Assembly: GCA_965116805.1 (NCBI GenBank)
Contig: OZ220713.1
Span: 145,724 to 209,723, forward strand
Length of the DNA stretch: 64,000 bases
Direction: 5' to 3'
From: Vicinamibacteria bacterium
GTDB lineage: Bacteria > Acidobacteriota > Vicinamibacteria > Marinacidobacterales > Marinacidobacteraceae
A program made the position numbers and the translations under genes. Shown here in pieces: positions 18,693 to 28,715 of this stretch (positions are counted from its first letter, which is position 1; each line of letters starts with the position of its first letter). The notes beneath the pieces are model-generated. The model made no database searches. It was given only the letters and a program-made list of their open reading frames with translations, and was not told the origin of the DNA.

Positions 18693-20945
18693 ATGCGCTT
18701 TCCGGCCCTCCCCCTGTTCGCCCTCGGCGCCCTGCCTCTTGCGGCCGGGCTCAGCATGGGTTCGGAAGACGAATCGGCGACCGGCGCGCGCATCGGCCGC
18801 GCCTTCTCCACCATCGAGGCGCCGGCCATCGACGGCCGGCTCGACGAGGACGTCTGGGCCGCCGCCGAGCCGCTGACCGACTTCATCCAGGCGGAGCCCT
18901 TCGAGGGCCAGCCGGCCACCGAGCGCACCGAAGTCCGCATCCTCTTCGACGACGAGGCGGTCTACATCGGCGCCATGCTCTACGACAGCGATCCCGCGGG
19001 GATCATCGCCACCGACGCGCGCCGCGACTCCAACCTGCAGGACACGGATTCCTTCCGGGTTGTCTTCGACACCTACCACGACCTCCAGAACGGCTTCGTC
19101 TTCGGGACCACCCCGGCCGGACTGGAGTACGACGGACAGTTGAGCAACGCCGGCGGTGGCGGCGGCGGTGGCGGTGGGGGGCCCCAGATGCGCGCCCGGA
19201 CCGGGTCCGGCGGCGGTTTCAACGTGAACTGGGACGCGAGCTGGACGGTGGCGACCCAGGTGACCGACGAGGGTTGGTCCGCCGAGTTCGCGATCCCGCT
19301 GCGGACGCTGCGTTACGGATCGAGCCCGCAGACCTGGGGGATCAACTTCCACCGCAACATCCGCCGGAAGCGCGAGGAGGACTACTGGTCCCCGGTGGCC
19401 CGGATCTATGACCTCTACCGGCTCTCCTCGGCCGGCGAACTGCACGGGCTGGAGTTGCGCAGCCCCCGGAACTTCAAGGTCACCCCGTATGCCCTGTCCG
19501 CCGCCGGCCGTGACTACGCCGTGGAGGTCGAGACGCAGACCAACACCGATTTCGGAGTCGACGCCAAGGTCGGCCTCACCCCGAGCCTCAACGTGGACCT
19601 CACCTACAACACCGACTTCGCCCAGGTGGAAGTGGACGACCAGCAGATCAACCTTTCCCGGTTCAACCTCTTCTTCCCCGAGAAGCGGCCCTTCTTCCTC
19701 GAGAACGCCGGCAACTTCTCCATGGGACAGGGGAGTTCGGTGGACCTGTTCTTCAGCCGCCGCATCGGGATCGGGCCCGGGGGAACGCCGGTGCCCATCC
19801 TGGGCGGCGCCCGACTGTCCGGCAAGGCCGGCGACTACAACCTCGGCTTCCTGAACATGCAGACCCAGGAGGTCGCCGGCGTGGTCGCGGCGAACAACTT
19901 CTCGGTGATGAGCCTGAGCCGCGAGTTCGGCGAACGTTCCTCCCTCGGGGCCATGTTCGTGAACCGGATGGGGACCAGCGGCCCCGCTTCCGAGGATGAC
20001 TGGAACCGCACGTGGGGCGTGGACGGCCGGCTCGGCATCGGCGAGACCCTCACCTTCACGGGCTTTGCGGCGCGCACCGAGACACCGGGATATGAACTGC
20101 TCGACGGTGGTGAGTACGCCTACATGGTTCGCGGCGAGTATTTCCGCCGGGACCTCCGCCTCTGGCTCGGGACGTCGGAGGTGGCCGCCAACTTCAACCC
20201 CGAGGTCGGGTTCCTGCGCCGTAAGGCCTACCGCAGCCTCGACTACGGGTGGTTCGGCTACTACCGGCCGAAGATCTTCGAGGGAATGCCGTTCGCCTTC
20301 CGCGAGCTGCGGCCGCACATCACCTACAACGGCTTCCGCACGCTCGATGGGTTCCTCGAGACCAGCCGGCTGCACGTCGACAATCACTTCGACTTCGAGA
20401 ACGGCTGGTACTTCAGCCCGGCCATGAACCGCATCACCGAGGGACTCGAGGAACCATTCGAGATCCGGGAGGGCATCGTGGTCCCACCCGGCACCTACGC
20501 GCACTGGCAGGCCGGCTGGCGCTGGAACACGAACCGGGCCGCGCCGCTGTCCTATTCGGGCGCGCTCGACTACGGCGGGTTCCTCTCCGGCGACCAGACG
20601 TCGGTCGACACCACCATCAACTACCGCTGGGGCACCCGCCTCATCACCTCGGCCGCCTGGCTCTACAACGACATCCAGCTCGCCGAGGGCAGCTTCGTGG
20701 CGAACCTCGGCCAGTTCCGGGTGGCCTACAACATAACCCCCCTGATCTACCTGCAGGCGCTCGTCCAGTACAACGACGATGCCGACATCTGGTCTTCGAA
20801 CGTCCGCTTCAGTTGGCTGAACACCGCCGGCACCGGCCTCTTCGTCGTCTACAACGACACCGAGGGACTCGGGAACGTCCTGATCGGACCCCAGAACCGC
20901 AGCCTGACGGTCAAGTACACCCGCCAGTTCGACGTTCTCCGGTAG
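18693..20945 (+). CDS. Secreted/outer-membrane protein, DUF5916-like with CBM9-like N-terminal region
   Basis: Signal peptide. N-terminal 'IDGRLDEDVWAAAEPLTDF' (CBM9-like). Poly-Gly linker. C-terminal Y/F/N-rich beta-rich region. 750 aa. Confidence 0.5.
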   Translation: MRFPALPLFALGALPLAAGLSMGSEDESATGARIGRAFSTIEAPAIDGRLDEDVWAAAEPLTDFIQAEPFEGQPATERTEVRILFDDEAVYIGAMLYDSDPAGIIATDARRDSNLQDTDSFRVVFDTYHDLQNGFVFGTTPAGLEYDGQLSNAGGGGGGGGGGPQMRARTGSGGGFNVNWDASWTVATQVTDEGWSAEFAIPLRTLRYGSSPQTWGINFHRNIRRKREEDYWSPVARIYDLYRLSSAGELHGLELRSPRNFKVTPYALSAAGRDYAVEVETQTNTDFGVDAKVGLTPSLNVDLTYNTDFAQVEVDDQQINLSRFNLFFPEKRPFFLENAGNFSMGQGSSVDLFFSRRIGIGPGGTPVPILGGARLSGKAGDYNLGFLNMQTQEVAGVVAANNFSVMSLSREFGERSSLGAMFVNRMGTSGPASEDDWNRTWGVDGRLGIGETLTFTGFAARTETPGYELLDGGEYAYMVRGEYFRRDLRLWLGTSEVAANFNPEVGFLRRKAYRSLDYGWFGYYRPKIFEGMPFAFRELRPHITYNGFRTLDGFLETSRLHVDNHFDFENGWYFSPAMNRITEGLEEPFEIREGIVVPPGTYAHWQAGWRWNTNRAAPLSYSGALDYGGFLSGDQTSVDTTINYRWGTRLITSAAWLYNDIQLAEGSFVANLGQFRVAYNITPLIYLQALVQYNDDADIWSSNVRFSWLNTAGTGLFVVYNDTEGLGNVLIGPQNRSLTVKYTRQFDVLR

Positions 20946-20951
20946 CCCGCG

Positions 20952-21746
20952 ATGAGCGCCGGGATCCTCGGCGGGCTGGTGGTCTCGCTCCTCTCGGGGC
21001 TCTACACCTCTTTGTGGGGGGGGTTCAAGGACTCACCCTGGGAAGGGTTCAAGCCGCGCACCTTCCCGCGCAGCATCCTCTTCTCCGCGGCGATCTTCGC
21101 GTTCCTGCTCGCCGTTCCCGTCCTTCGCGTTGCAGAGTTGGGATTCGTCCAGCTCTTCTTCCTGGTGATGGGGCTCGAGCGCTTCCTCACCGAACTCCAC
21201 AAGGGCTGCTTCCGCGAGGAGCCGCAGGAGAAGTACTTCGTCCCCTCGGCGCTTACGATTCTCGGACGGCCGGTGAGGAGCCGCGCGCTCCGGATCGCGG
21301 CCGGCGTGGTGCTCGTCTCCGGAGTCATCGCGGTGCTCTTCATCGGGACGCCGGTGACGCGCTTCTGGGCCTATCTCGCCGTTGCTTATCTGACCGGCCT
21401 GCTGGTCTCGGGGGGCGGCGCCTGGAAGGACGCCCCGTTCGAGGGGTTCCACACGCTGAAGTTCTTCCGCTCCGGGCTTACCCTTGCGGTCGCTTCCCCG
21501 CTCTTCTTCTGGCTCCAGACTCCCGGTGAGCCTGTCGCCCTCGGAATCCTGATCTACATGAACGGGGGCCTCGAGCGCTTCCTCGTGGAGTACTACAAGA
21601 CCTACATCCAGCGAAACATGTCCGGGAAATTCCGGCCCGACCTGCCACGGGTGGAGTCTTTCCGGCGCGAGGGATTCCACTACGGCGCCTGGGTGCTGAT
21701 CCTGGCGGTCGCGGTCACCGCATTCTTGGAAGCCAGCGCCGCCTAG
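20952..21746 (+). CDS. Integral membrane protein with internal duplication (two 'W-G/K-D-x-P-(W/F)-EGF' repeat units)
   Basis: 'WGGFKDSPWEGFKP' at the N-terminus and 'GGGAWKDAPFEGFHT' mid-protein, each followed by TM helices. Family not recognised. Confidence 0.45.
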   Translation: MSAGILGGLVVSLLSGLYTSLWGGFKDSPWEGFKPRTFPRSILFSAAIFAFLLAVPVLRVAELGFVQLFFLVMGLERFLTELHKGCFREEPQEKYFVPSALTILGRPVRSRALRIAAGVVLVSGVIAVLFIGTPVTRFWAYLAVAYLTGLLVSGGGAWKDAPFEGFHTLKFFRSGLTLAVASPLFFWLQTPGEPVALGILIYMNGGLERFLVEYYKTYIQRNMSGKFRPDLPRVESFRREGFHYGAWVLILAVAVTAFLEASAA

Positions 21747-21748
21747 AC

Positions 21749-23269
21749 GTGTCCCGCTCGGACGACGCCGCCGGCTGGGACGCGATCGTCATCGGCTCCG
21801 GCCTCGGGGGAGCGCTCGCCGCCCACCGGCTCACCAAGGCCGGGGCCCGGGTCCTCGTCCTCGAGCGGGGGCGCTGGCCGCACCGGGACGAGGGCGACTG
21901 GAATCCCCGGGCGATCCTGGGCGATCTCCGTTACCGGGGAAGAACGCCCCTCGCGGTGAGGCAACTCGGCGACCGCCGGTTTCGCCCGCTCCCGATGAAC
22001 GAGACCGTCGGCGGCATGTCCGTCTTCTACGGCGGCGCGTCGCTACGGCTCCGGCCCCCGGACTTCGGTCGCTGGCCTTTTGACTACCAGGATCTGGAGC
22101 CCTCCTACGCGGAGGCGGAGCGGCTGCTCGGCGTCCACGGGACCGCGGGCGCCGATCCCCTGGAACCCCCACGGTCGCGTCCCTACCCCTTCCCTTCCAT
22201 TCCGTGGTCGGCGCCGGCCGAGCGCGTCCGGCGGGCCGGTGAGGATCTCGGTTTCCGGCCGTTCCCGATCCCGCTGGCGATCAACTTCTCGGGGGCGGAG
22301 CGACCGCAGTGCGTGCGCTGCAACACCTGCGACGGCTTCCCCTGCGCCATCGACGCCAAGAACGACGCCGCCGGCATCCTGCGCCGCGCCGAGCCGGCGG
22401 GACTCGTGGTCCGCTCCGGAACAGTGGTCTCGAGCCTGCGGACCCGGGGATCGAAGGTGGTCGGCGCCGAGTGCGTCGATCAGAGATCGGGCGAAGCGGT
22501 CTGGCTCGAAGCGCCCCTCTTCGTCCTTGCCGCCGGCGCCCTCGGCAGCCCGGCGATCCTCCTCCGGTCCGGCCTGGGCGGTGACGGCGCGGAGGCGCTT
22601 CCCGTAGGGCGGTTCCTCATGCGGCACTGCAACGCGGTGGTCGCCGGGCTCTTCCCGTTCCGGACGAACCCGGAAGCGGTGTTCCACAAACAGGTCTGTT
22701 TCACCGACTTCTACGAAGAGGTGCGCGAACGGGACGGCCTCGCGGTGGGCGTCATCCAGGACATCTACACCCCCGACGCCGGCGTCGTCCGGCGCGCGGC
22801 CGGCAAGGTGGCCGGCGCCTTCCTTCGGAAGCCGCTCGTGGACCGGCTCCAGAATCTCCTGTGTGTCGCGGAGGACGAACCGGACCCGGACAACCGCGTT
22901 TTTTTGGGAGACGAGACGGACGCGTTCGGGATGAAGCGGATTCGGGTCGAGCACCGCTACCGGAGAGCCGACCACGACCGGTTGCAGTTGCTCGTCCGGC
23001 GGGCCCGGAAGGTCCTCCGCGCGGCGGGCGCGCTCGCGACCCACGTCTGGCCCATCTCGTCCTTCTCCCACGCTGTGGGCACGCTCCGGATGGGTAACGA
23101 GAGGGATGACGCGCCGCTCGACCCGGCGGGCCGGCTGCGAGGGCTCGACAACCTCTTCGTCACCGACGGCAGCACCTTCCCCGCTTCCGGAGGGGTGAAC
23201 CCCAGCCTCACGATTGCAGCGGGGGCCCTCCGCGTCGCGGAAGAGATCGTGAACCGGAGAACGTCTTGA
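21749..23269 (+). CDS. GMC-family FAD-dependent oxidoreductase
   Basis: 'DAIVIGSGLGGALAAHRL' FAD Rossmann fold. C-terminal GMC motifs 'HAVGTLRMG' and 'LFVTDGSTFP'. GTG start. Confidence 0.7.
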   Translation: MSRSDDAAGWDAIVIGSGLGGALAAHRLTKAGARVLVLERGRWPHRDEGDWNPRAILGDLRYRGRTPLAVRQLGDRRFRPLPMNETVGGMSVFYGGASLRLRPPDFGRWPFDYQDLEPSYAEAERLLGVHGTAGADPLEPPRSRPYPFPSIPWSAPAERVRRAGEDLGFRPFPIPLAINFSGAERPQCVRCNTCDGFPCAIDAKNDAAGILRRAEPAGLVVRSGTVVSSLRTRGSKVVGAECVDQRSGEAVWLEAPLFVLAAGALGSPAILLRSGLGGDGAEALPVGRFLMRHCNAVVAGLFPFRTNPEAVFHKQVCFTDFYEEVRERDGLAVGVIQDIYTPDAGVVRRAAGKVAGAFLRKPLVDRLQNLLCVAEDEPDPDNRVFLGDETDAFGMKRIRVEHRYRRADHDRLQLLVRRARKVLRAAGALATHVWPISSFSHAVGTLRMGNERDDAPLDPAGRLRGLDNLFVTDGSTFPASGGVNPSLTIAAGALRVAEEIVNRRTS

Positions 23270-24222
23270 CCGGAGAAGGTTCCGCGGACACCGCCGGGCG
23301 TCCGACGGTCGCCATCGTCGGTTGTGGCCGGATCGCCCGCGTGCACGCGGCCAACCTGGCGCCGCGCGCGCATCTCGCGTTCACCAGCCGGCGTTCCGAG
23401 TCGGCCCGCACGCTCGCGGCGCGGTTCTCCGGGGAGGCGCTCGCCGGTTTCGAGGAGGCCCTGGAGCGCCCGGACATCGCGGCGGTCGCCATCTGTTCCC
23501 CGCTCGAGCACCACGCCGCCCAAACCGTCGCCGCGCTCGAAGCCGGAAAGTCGGTCCTGGTGGAGAAGCCGATGGCGCAGTCACGCGCCGAAGTCGAAGT
23601 GATCGGCCAGGCGCTGATCGGGCGGCCGCCCGGGTCGCTGATGGTCGCGGAGAACTACCTCTACAAGCCGTCCCTCGGCCGGCTCCGGGCGTGGCTCCCG
23701 GGCATCGGGCCGCTGCGCCGGGTCCGCGTGTCGAAGCTCACCCGGCAGCAGCCATCCGACTGGCGGGCCAGCCACGGCGCCCTGCTCGAAGGCGGCATCC
23801 ATTTCGTCGCGCTCCTCGGCGCCATCGCCGGCGCCGAGCCGGCAGCCGTGCGGGCGGACTTTCCGGGCGGAGGCGAGCCCGAGCGGCACGCCCGTCTCGA
23901 ACTCGACTATCCGTCCGGAACCCGCGCCGAAGTCCGCTACGGCTGGGACACGCCATCGCTTCCGGGAGGGATCCTGCAGCACTCGTTCGTGGAAGGTGAG
24001 GACGGCCGCCTCGTGTTCGAGAGCAACGGGCTCTACCTCTGGTCGCGCGCCGGGTCGGGATTCCGGCTCCGGGCGGGCCCGTTCGCGGACCTCATGGGGT
24101 TCGGCGCGATGGCGCGGGATTTCCTCCGCTCGGTCCGGAATCCCGCACTCCGTCCACGTTCCGATTTCGAAACCGCGCGCCGCGATCTGGAGGTCGTTTT
24201 CCGGGCCTATGACACTCGGTAA
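23266..24222 (+). CDS. Gfo/Idh/MocA-family NAD(P)-dependent oxidoreductase
   Basis: 'VAIVGCGRIARVHA' Rossmann fold. 'EKPMA' motif. Overlaps the upstream stop. Paired with the GMC oxidase as in sugar/glycoside-oxidation loci. Confidence 0.65.
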   Translation: MTGEGSADTAGRPTVAIVGCGRIARVHAANLAPRAHLAFTSRRSESARTLAARFSGEALAGFEEALERPDIAAVAICSPLEHHAAQTVAALEAGKSVLVEKPMAQSRAEVEVIGQALIGRPPGSLMVAENYLYKPSLGRLRAWLPGIGPLRRVRVSKLTRQQPSDWRASHGALLEGGIHFVALLGAIAGAEPAAVRADFPGGGEPERHARLELDYPSGTRAEVRYGWDTPSLPGGILQHSFVEGEDGRLVFESNGLYLWSRAGSGFRLRAGPFADLMGFGAMARDFLRSVRNPALRPRSDFETARRDLEVVFRAYDTR

Positions 24223-24406
24223 TTCAGTGGCTTATGGTCCTCCAGATGTGGTATATTTCCATTGCGCTGGAAAGTTCACCTCCTTACATCCGGCGTCCGG
24301 CGTTGCCGGGGGCTGTCGCGCGAAGACCCACCCATCCCCAAGCGGCAGCCCGAAGGGGGGCTTGGTGGAAACCAATCCCAACCGCGTTGGGGAGATGTCT
24401 GTCCGG

Positions 24407-25576
24407 CTACGAAGAAAAACGCGCGAGCCGGTAGTCCGACAGCAGGGTGACCTCGACATCGTCGAGGATCTCCATGGCGGCGAACATCCCCATGACGGGG
24501 GCCATCGTGATCCCGCTGTGCATCGAAGCGAAGTAGATGCCGGGCGCCGCCGGATCGAAACCGACGATGGGGTGCCCGTCCCTCGGTAGCACGCGGTAGC
24601 CGAGGCTGACCTCTTCCACCTCCAGGCCGGCCGCCGCCGGGAGGACCTTGGCGGTCTCCCGGAAGATCTGCTCGCCCACCGCCCGCGAGTGGTCCGTCGA
24701 ACCCGCGCCCGCGAAGCCGACGCCGGCCACCACCTTGCCGCCGGCGGCCTGCTTCACGTGGATGCTCGGCGCCAGCACGATCCGGTTCACTACCGTCTTC
24801 GCCGGAGTGGAGTGGGCGAGGATGCCCGGCGACTCGATGAGGGGCACGTCGACCCCCGCCTGGCGCGCCAGCTCGGGCGCCTGGACGCCGGCCGCCAGGA
24901 CCAGCGTGTCGAGTTCATGGTCTCCCGCCGAGGTCCGGACACCGCGCAGGACGCCGTAGCCGATGTCCAGCGCATTCACCTCGGCAATCAGGAACTTCGC
25001 CCCGGCGGCTTCGGCAGCCCCCCACAGCGCCCGGGTCGCCGAGCGCGGCTCGATATGCCCTTCGGCACTCGCCCAGATCGCGGCGAGGACCGGCGCCTCC
25101 GGGGTCAGTCCCGGTTCGAGTTCGCGGAAGCTGGCTTCGTCCACTTGGTGGATGGGGTAGCCCCAGCACTGACTCCGCGCGAGTTGTTCGTGCAGGAGCC
25201 GCACGCGATCGGCCTCGATGCGGTACTCCAGGCTGCCCCCCCAACTCACTTCCAGCGCGCCGCCGAGCTCGGCCTGGAGCCGCCGCCAGCCCTGGAGACC
25301 CCGCCAGTTCAGCTCGTGATACGAGTGCGGACGCTTCGAGAAACTGGCGTTCATCCAGGCGAAGGAGTTCCCGGTGGCGCCGGCCGCGGGTCCCTCGCGC
25401 TCGAAGACGGTGACGTCGGCGCCCCGGCGTGCGAGGTGTAGCGCGATGGAGCACCCCAGGATGCCTCCACCGACGATGCCGATCCGTCCGTTCAGCCGTG
25501 CGGCCGCCGGCACCCCGCGGTAGCCCGAGACCACCGCGACACCCGCGACCGAGGTCAGAAACCGGCGGCGTCGCAT
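24407..25576 (-). CDS. FAD-dependent oxidoreductase (DAO family), Tat-exported
   Basis: Start 'MRRRRFLTSVAGVAVV' (twin-arginine), then 'IGIVGGGILGCSIALHLARRGADVTVFE'. Only the 3' 1170 nt of the 1200-aa ORF is the real gene. Confidence 0.7.
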   Translation of the reverse strand: MRRRRFLTSVAGVAVVSGYRGVPAAARLNGRIGIVGGGILGCSIALHLARRGADVTVFEREGPAAGATGNSFAWMNASFSKRPHSYHELNWRGLQGWRRLQAELGGALEVSWGGSLEYRIEADRVRLLHEQLARSQCWGYPIHQVDEASFRELEPGLTPEAPVLAAIWASAEGHIEPRSATRALWGAAEAAGAKFLIAEVNALDIGYGVLRGVRTSAGDHELDTLVLAAGVQAPELARQAGVDVPLIESPGILAHSTPAKTVVNRIVLAPSIHVKQAAGGKVVAGVGFAGAGSTDHSRAVGEQIFRETAKVLPAAAGLEVEEVSLGYRVLPRDGHPIVGFDPAAPGIYFASMHSGITMAPVMGMFAAMEILDDVEVTLLSDYRLARFSS

Positions 25577-25720
25577 TGCCTGCGCTACCCGGCCAGGGCG
25601 GGAAGGACGCGGAGCGTCGTGTGTCGGGACTTCAACGTGCGCATGGAACGGCCAATTTACCGGACGGTGCGACGTCCGGCGACTCTCCCCTTGCCGGAAC
25701 GTGGGAAGATTCGAGGCAAG

Positions 25721-27661
25721 ATGGCCAGCGATCGAGACCCCGCTCCTGCCGCCGGCCAGGCCCCGGGGAACGACCGCGACCTCGGGATGAGCCGGAAGAT
25801 CAGCCGGCGCGACTTCCTGAACGGGATTCCGGTGGGCGTAGGGGCTCTCGCGCTCCCGGGGGCATCCGGCTGGCTGCTCGGCGCCTGTACCCCGCCCGGA
25901 CCGAGCGGCCCCTATCCTCCGGCGCTCACCGGGTTGCGCGGCAGCCACCCGGGCTCCTTCGAGGTCGCCCACGAACTGCGCGACCGGGTGGAGAACGGCG
26001 GGTCCTGGGACGACTCCGGCGCCGCCGACGGGGGCAGTTTCGACCTGGTCGTGGTGGGAGGCGGCATCAGCGGCCTCAGCGCGGCCTGGTTCTACCGAAA
26101 GGCCTTCCCGGAAGCGCGGATCCTGATCCTCGACAACCACGACGACTTCGGCGGCCACGCAAAGCGGAACGAGTTCACCCACGAGGGCCGCACCGTGCTC
26201 GGTTACGGCGGCACCCAGTCCCTCGACTCCCCCTCCACCTTCACCCCGGCGGTGAACGGCCTGCTCGACGATCTGGGAGTCGACCTCGACCTCTTCTTCA
26301 CCGCCTTCGACCGCGACCTCTACCGGTCCCACGGACTGCAACGTTCCGTCTTCTTCGGCAGCGAGGACTTCGGCGAGGACCGCCTGGTGACCGGCATGGG
26401 ACGGCGCCCCGCCGCCGAGTTCGCCGCCGAGACGCCCTTGAGCGAGGCCGGACGCGCCGACTTCGTGCGCCTCTACGAGGCCCCCGGAGACCCGTGGCCC
26501 GACCTGGACGAAACCGCCAGGAAGGAGCGGCTGGCCGCCACCAGCTACGAGGCTTTTCTGGACGCTCTCGGGATGGGGGCCGAGATCCAGGCGCTCTACC
26601 GGCAGCGCACCCACGGGCTCTTCGGCATGGGGCCGGACGGGGTTCCCGCGCTCGACCTCTGGGGTCTCGGTTATCCCGGGTTCCGGGACATGGATCTCAC
26701 CGCGGGAGACCATCCCCGGCTCAGCCTGACGGCGAAGCCGAACGACAACCCGGATCCGTACATCTTCCACTTTCCGGACGGGAACGCCACCATCGCCCGG
26801 CTGCTGGTGCGCAGGCTGGTGCCGGGCGCCGCCGCAGGCAGCACGCAGGAGGACATCGTCGAGGCGCGGCTGGACTACGGCGCTCTCGACCGGCCCGGTT
26901 CCCCCTGCCGCATCCGCCTGAACAGCACCGCGGTCCGGGTGCGCGACGGCGGCGCCGCCCCGGCCAGCGTGACCTACGTCCAGGACGGCGCCGAGACCCG
27001 GGTTCAGGCGGGCCACGTCGTGCTCGCCTGTTACAACCGGGTGATTCCCTACCTGCTGCCCGAACTTCCCGAGGAGCAGCGCGAGGCGCTCGCGTACCCG
27101 CCCAAGGTGCCCCTCGTCTATTCGAACGTCCTGATTCGGAACTGGACCTCCTTCGTTTCGCTGGGAACCTCGAACATTTACTTCCCCGCCGGGTTCCACG
27201 CCAGCGTGTCTCTGGACTTTCCGGTGAGCGTCGGGGGCTACGACTTCTCGAGCGGCCCCGAGGACCTCATCGTGCTCCACACCGTGCGCACACCGTGTCT
27301 CCCCGGAGCCAGCGCCCGCGTGCAGCACGCGGCCGGACAGCACGAACTGCTGGAGATGGGCTTCGAGACCTTCGAACGCGAGACCCGGAGCCAGCTCGCG
27401 CGGGCGCTCGGTCCCGGGGGCTTCGACCCGGCCCGCGACATCCTGGGGCTCACCGTGAACCGCTGGCCGCACGGCTACGCCTTCGAGTTCAACTCCCTGT
27501 GGGACCCGCCCTTCGCTCCCGGGGAGGCCCCCAACGAGATCGGCCGCCGGCCCTTCGGACGGATCCGCATCGCGAACTCCGACGCCGGCGCCTACGCCTA
27601 CACCCAGTCCGCCATCGACCAGGCCCACCGCGCCGTCAGCGAAATCCTGAGCGGCGGATAA
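25721..27661 (+). CDS. Tat-exported FAD-dependent amine oxidoreductase (spermidine-dehydrogenase SpdH-like / flavin amine oxidase family)
   Basis: 'SRRDFLNG' Tat motif. 'DLVVVGGGISGLSAAWFY' and 'DNHDDFGGHAKRNEF'. Alternative start at 25787. Confidence 0.6.
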   Translation: MASDRDPAPAAGQAPGNDRDLGMSRKISRRDFLNGIPVGVGALALPGASGWLLGACTPPGPSGPYPPALTGLRGSHPGSFEVAHELRDRVENGGSWDDSGAADGGSFDLVVVGGGISGLSAAWFYRKAFPEARILILDNHDDFGGHAKRNEFTHEGRTVLGYGGTQSLDSPSTFTPAVNGLLDDLGVDLDLFFTAFDRDLYRSHGLQRSVFFGSEDFGEDRLVTGMGRRPAAEFAAETPLSEAGRADFVRLYEAPGDPWPDLDETARKERLAATSYEAFLDALGMGAEIQALYRQRTHGLFGMGPDGVPALDLWGLGYPGFRDMDLTAGDHPRLSLTAKPNDNPDPYIFHFPDGNATIARLLVRRLVPGAAAGSTQEDIVEARLDYGALDRPGSPCRIRLNSTAVRVRDGGAAPASVTYVQDGAETRVQAGHVVLACYNRVIPYLLPELPEEQREALAYPPKVPLVYSNVLIRNWTSFVSLGTSNIYFPAGFHASVSLDFPVSVGGYDFSSGPEDLIVLHTVRTPCLPGASARVQHAAGQHELLEMGFETFERETRSQLARALGPGGFDPARDILGLTVNRWPHGYAFEFNSLWDPPFAPGEAPNEIGRRPFGRIRIANSDAGAYAYTQSAIDQAHRAVSEILSGG

Positions 27662-27674
27662 GCGCCTCACCTTC

Positions 27675-28499
27675 TTGCCGGAACTGCCGGAAGCGGAAGC
27701 GAACCGCGAGAACCTCACGACCTGGCTCGCCGGGGAACGGCTGCTGGAAGTCGCGGTTCCTGACCCGCTTACCCGGCGCGGACAGTCGGAGAGCGCGATC
27801 CGGGCGGCGGCCGAGGGTCGCGTGGTGGCGGCGGTTCGCCGGCGCGGCAAGTTCCTGCGCATCGAGTTCGAACCGGGCGGCCCGGCGCTCCTCAGCCACC
27901 TCGGCATGAGTGGCAAGTGGGCGCTCCGTGATCCGGGCGATGCCGACCCGCCCGCGGTCCGGGCGGCTCTCGGGATCGCCGGCGGGCGCCGGGTGCTCTT
28001 CTCGGACAAGCGTCGCTTCGGTCACTTCTCCGTGTGTCTTTCCGCCGACGACGAACGGCTCGCCCGTCTGGGTCCGGAACCCCTGGGGCCGTCATTCACG
28101 GGGCGGCGGCTCGCCGCACTGCTGCGCGCCAGCCGCCGCCCTGTGAAGTCGCTCCTCATGGATCAGGACCGGATCGCGGGGATCGGCAACATCCAGGCGG
28201 CCGAGGCGCTCTGGCGCGCGGGCATCCACCCGGCCCGGAACTCCGCCGAACTTGGGGACCGCGAGGCCGCGAAACTCCAGCGTGCGATCCGCTGGACGCT
28301 GCGTCGCTCGATCCGCAGCACCCGGACTCCCGAGATCCTCTACCTGAGCGATGGCGAGGCCGGCCGGCAGAGCACCTCGTCCCGCTTCTTCGTCTATGGC
28401 CGCGAGGGCGACGCGTGCCCCCGCTGCCGGCGGGGGGTCATCGCCCGCATCCCGATCGCGGGCCGGTCCTCCTTCTACTGCCCCCGATGCCAGGCTTGA
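27675..28499 (+). CDS. mutM: Formamidopyrimidine-DNA glycosylase (Fpg/MutM)
   Basis: TTG start giving 'MPELPEAE' (catalytic Pro2). H2TH region. C-terminal zinc finger 'CPRCRRGV..YCPRCQ'. Confidence 0.8.
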   Translation: MPELPEAEANRENLTTWLAGERLLEVAVPDPLTRRGQSESAIRAAAEGRVVAAVRRRGKFLRIEFEPGGPALLSHLGMSGKWALRDPGDADPPAVRAALGIAGGRRVLFSDKRRFGHFSVCLSADDERLARLGPEPLGPSFTGRRLAALLRASRRPVKSLLMDQDRIAGIGNIQAAEALWRAGIHPARNSAELGDREAAKLQRAIRWTLRRSIRSTRTPEILYLSDGEAGRQSTSSRFFVYGREGDACPRCRRGVIARIPIAGRSSFYCPRCQA

Positions 28500-28715
28500 C
28501 GGTCCCGCTTCGAGGCGTGTTAGGCTTCGGATTCAGCAGTCGGGGTTGATGCCCCGCGTCCCTGACGCTCCTCGAACTGCTCCTTTCGTCGGCGATTCAG
28601 CGCCGCTGGGTCGTCCCGGGCATCCGATTGATCAACGTGTCGCGCCTCGTTTGCGCGTCTTCTCCGGACGGCCCCCCGGGTTGTCCTTCGAAATCCCCGT
28701 AGATCTTCCTCCCGA

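Noticed and set aside
24223-24406. AT-richer convergent intergenic region with a CCAAGC...GCTTGG hairpin, considered as a terminator or sRNA
   Set aside because: The hairpin has a long loop and no downstream U-tract. Nothing supports an RNA gene beyond lower GC.
25577-28009. N-terminal 800 codons of the 1200-aa minus-strand ORF 24407..28009
   Set aside because: Only the last 389 codons (from MRRRRFLTS, a Tat signal) form a coherent DAO-family protein. The upstream part is antisense to the SpdH-like oxidase and mutM and is low-complexity.
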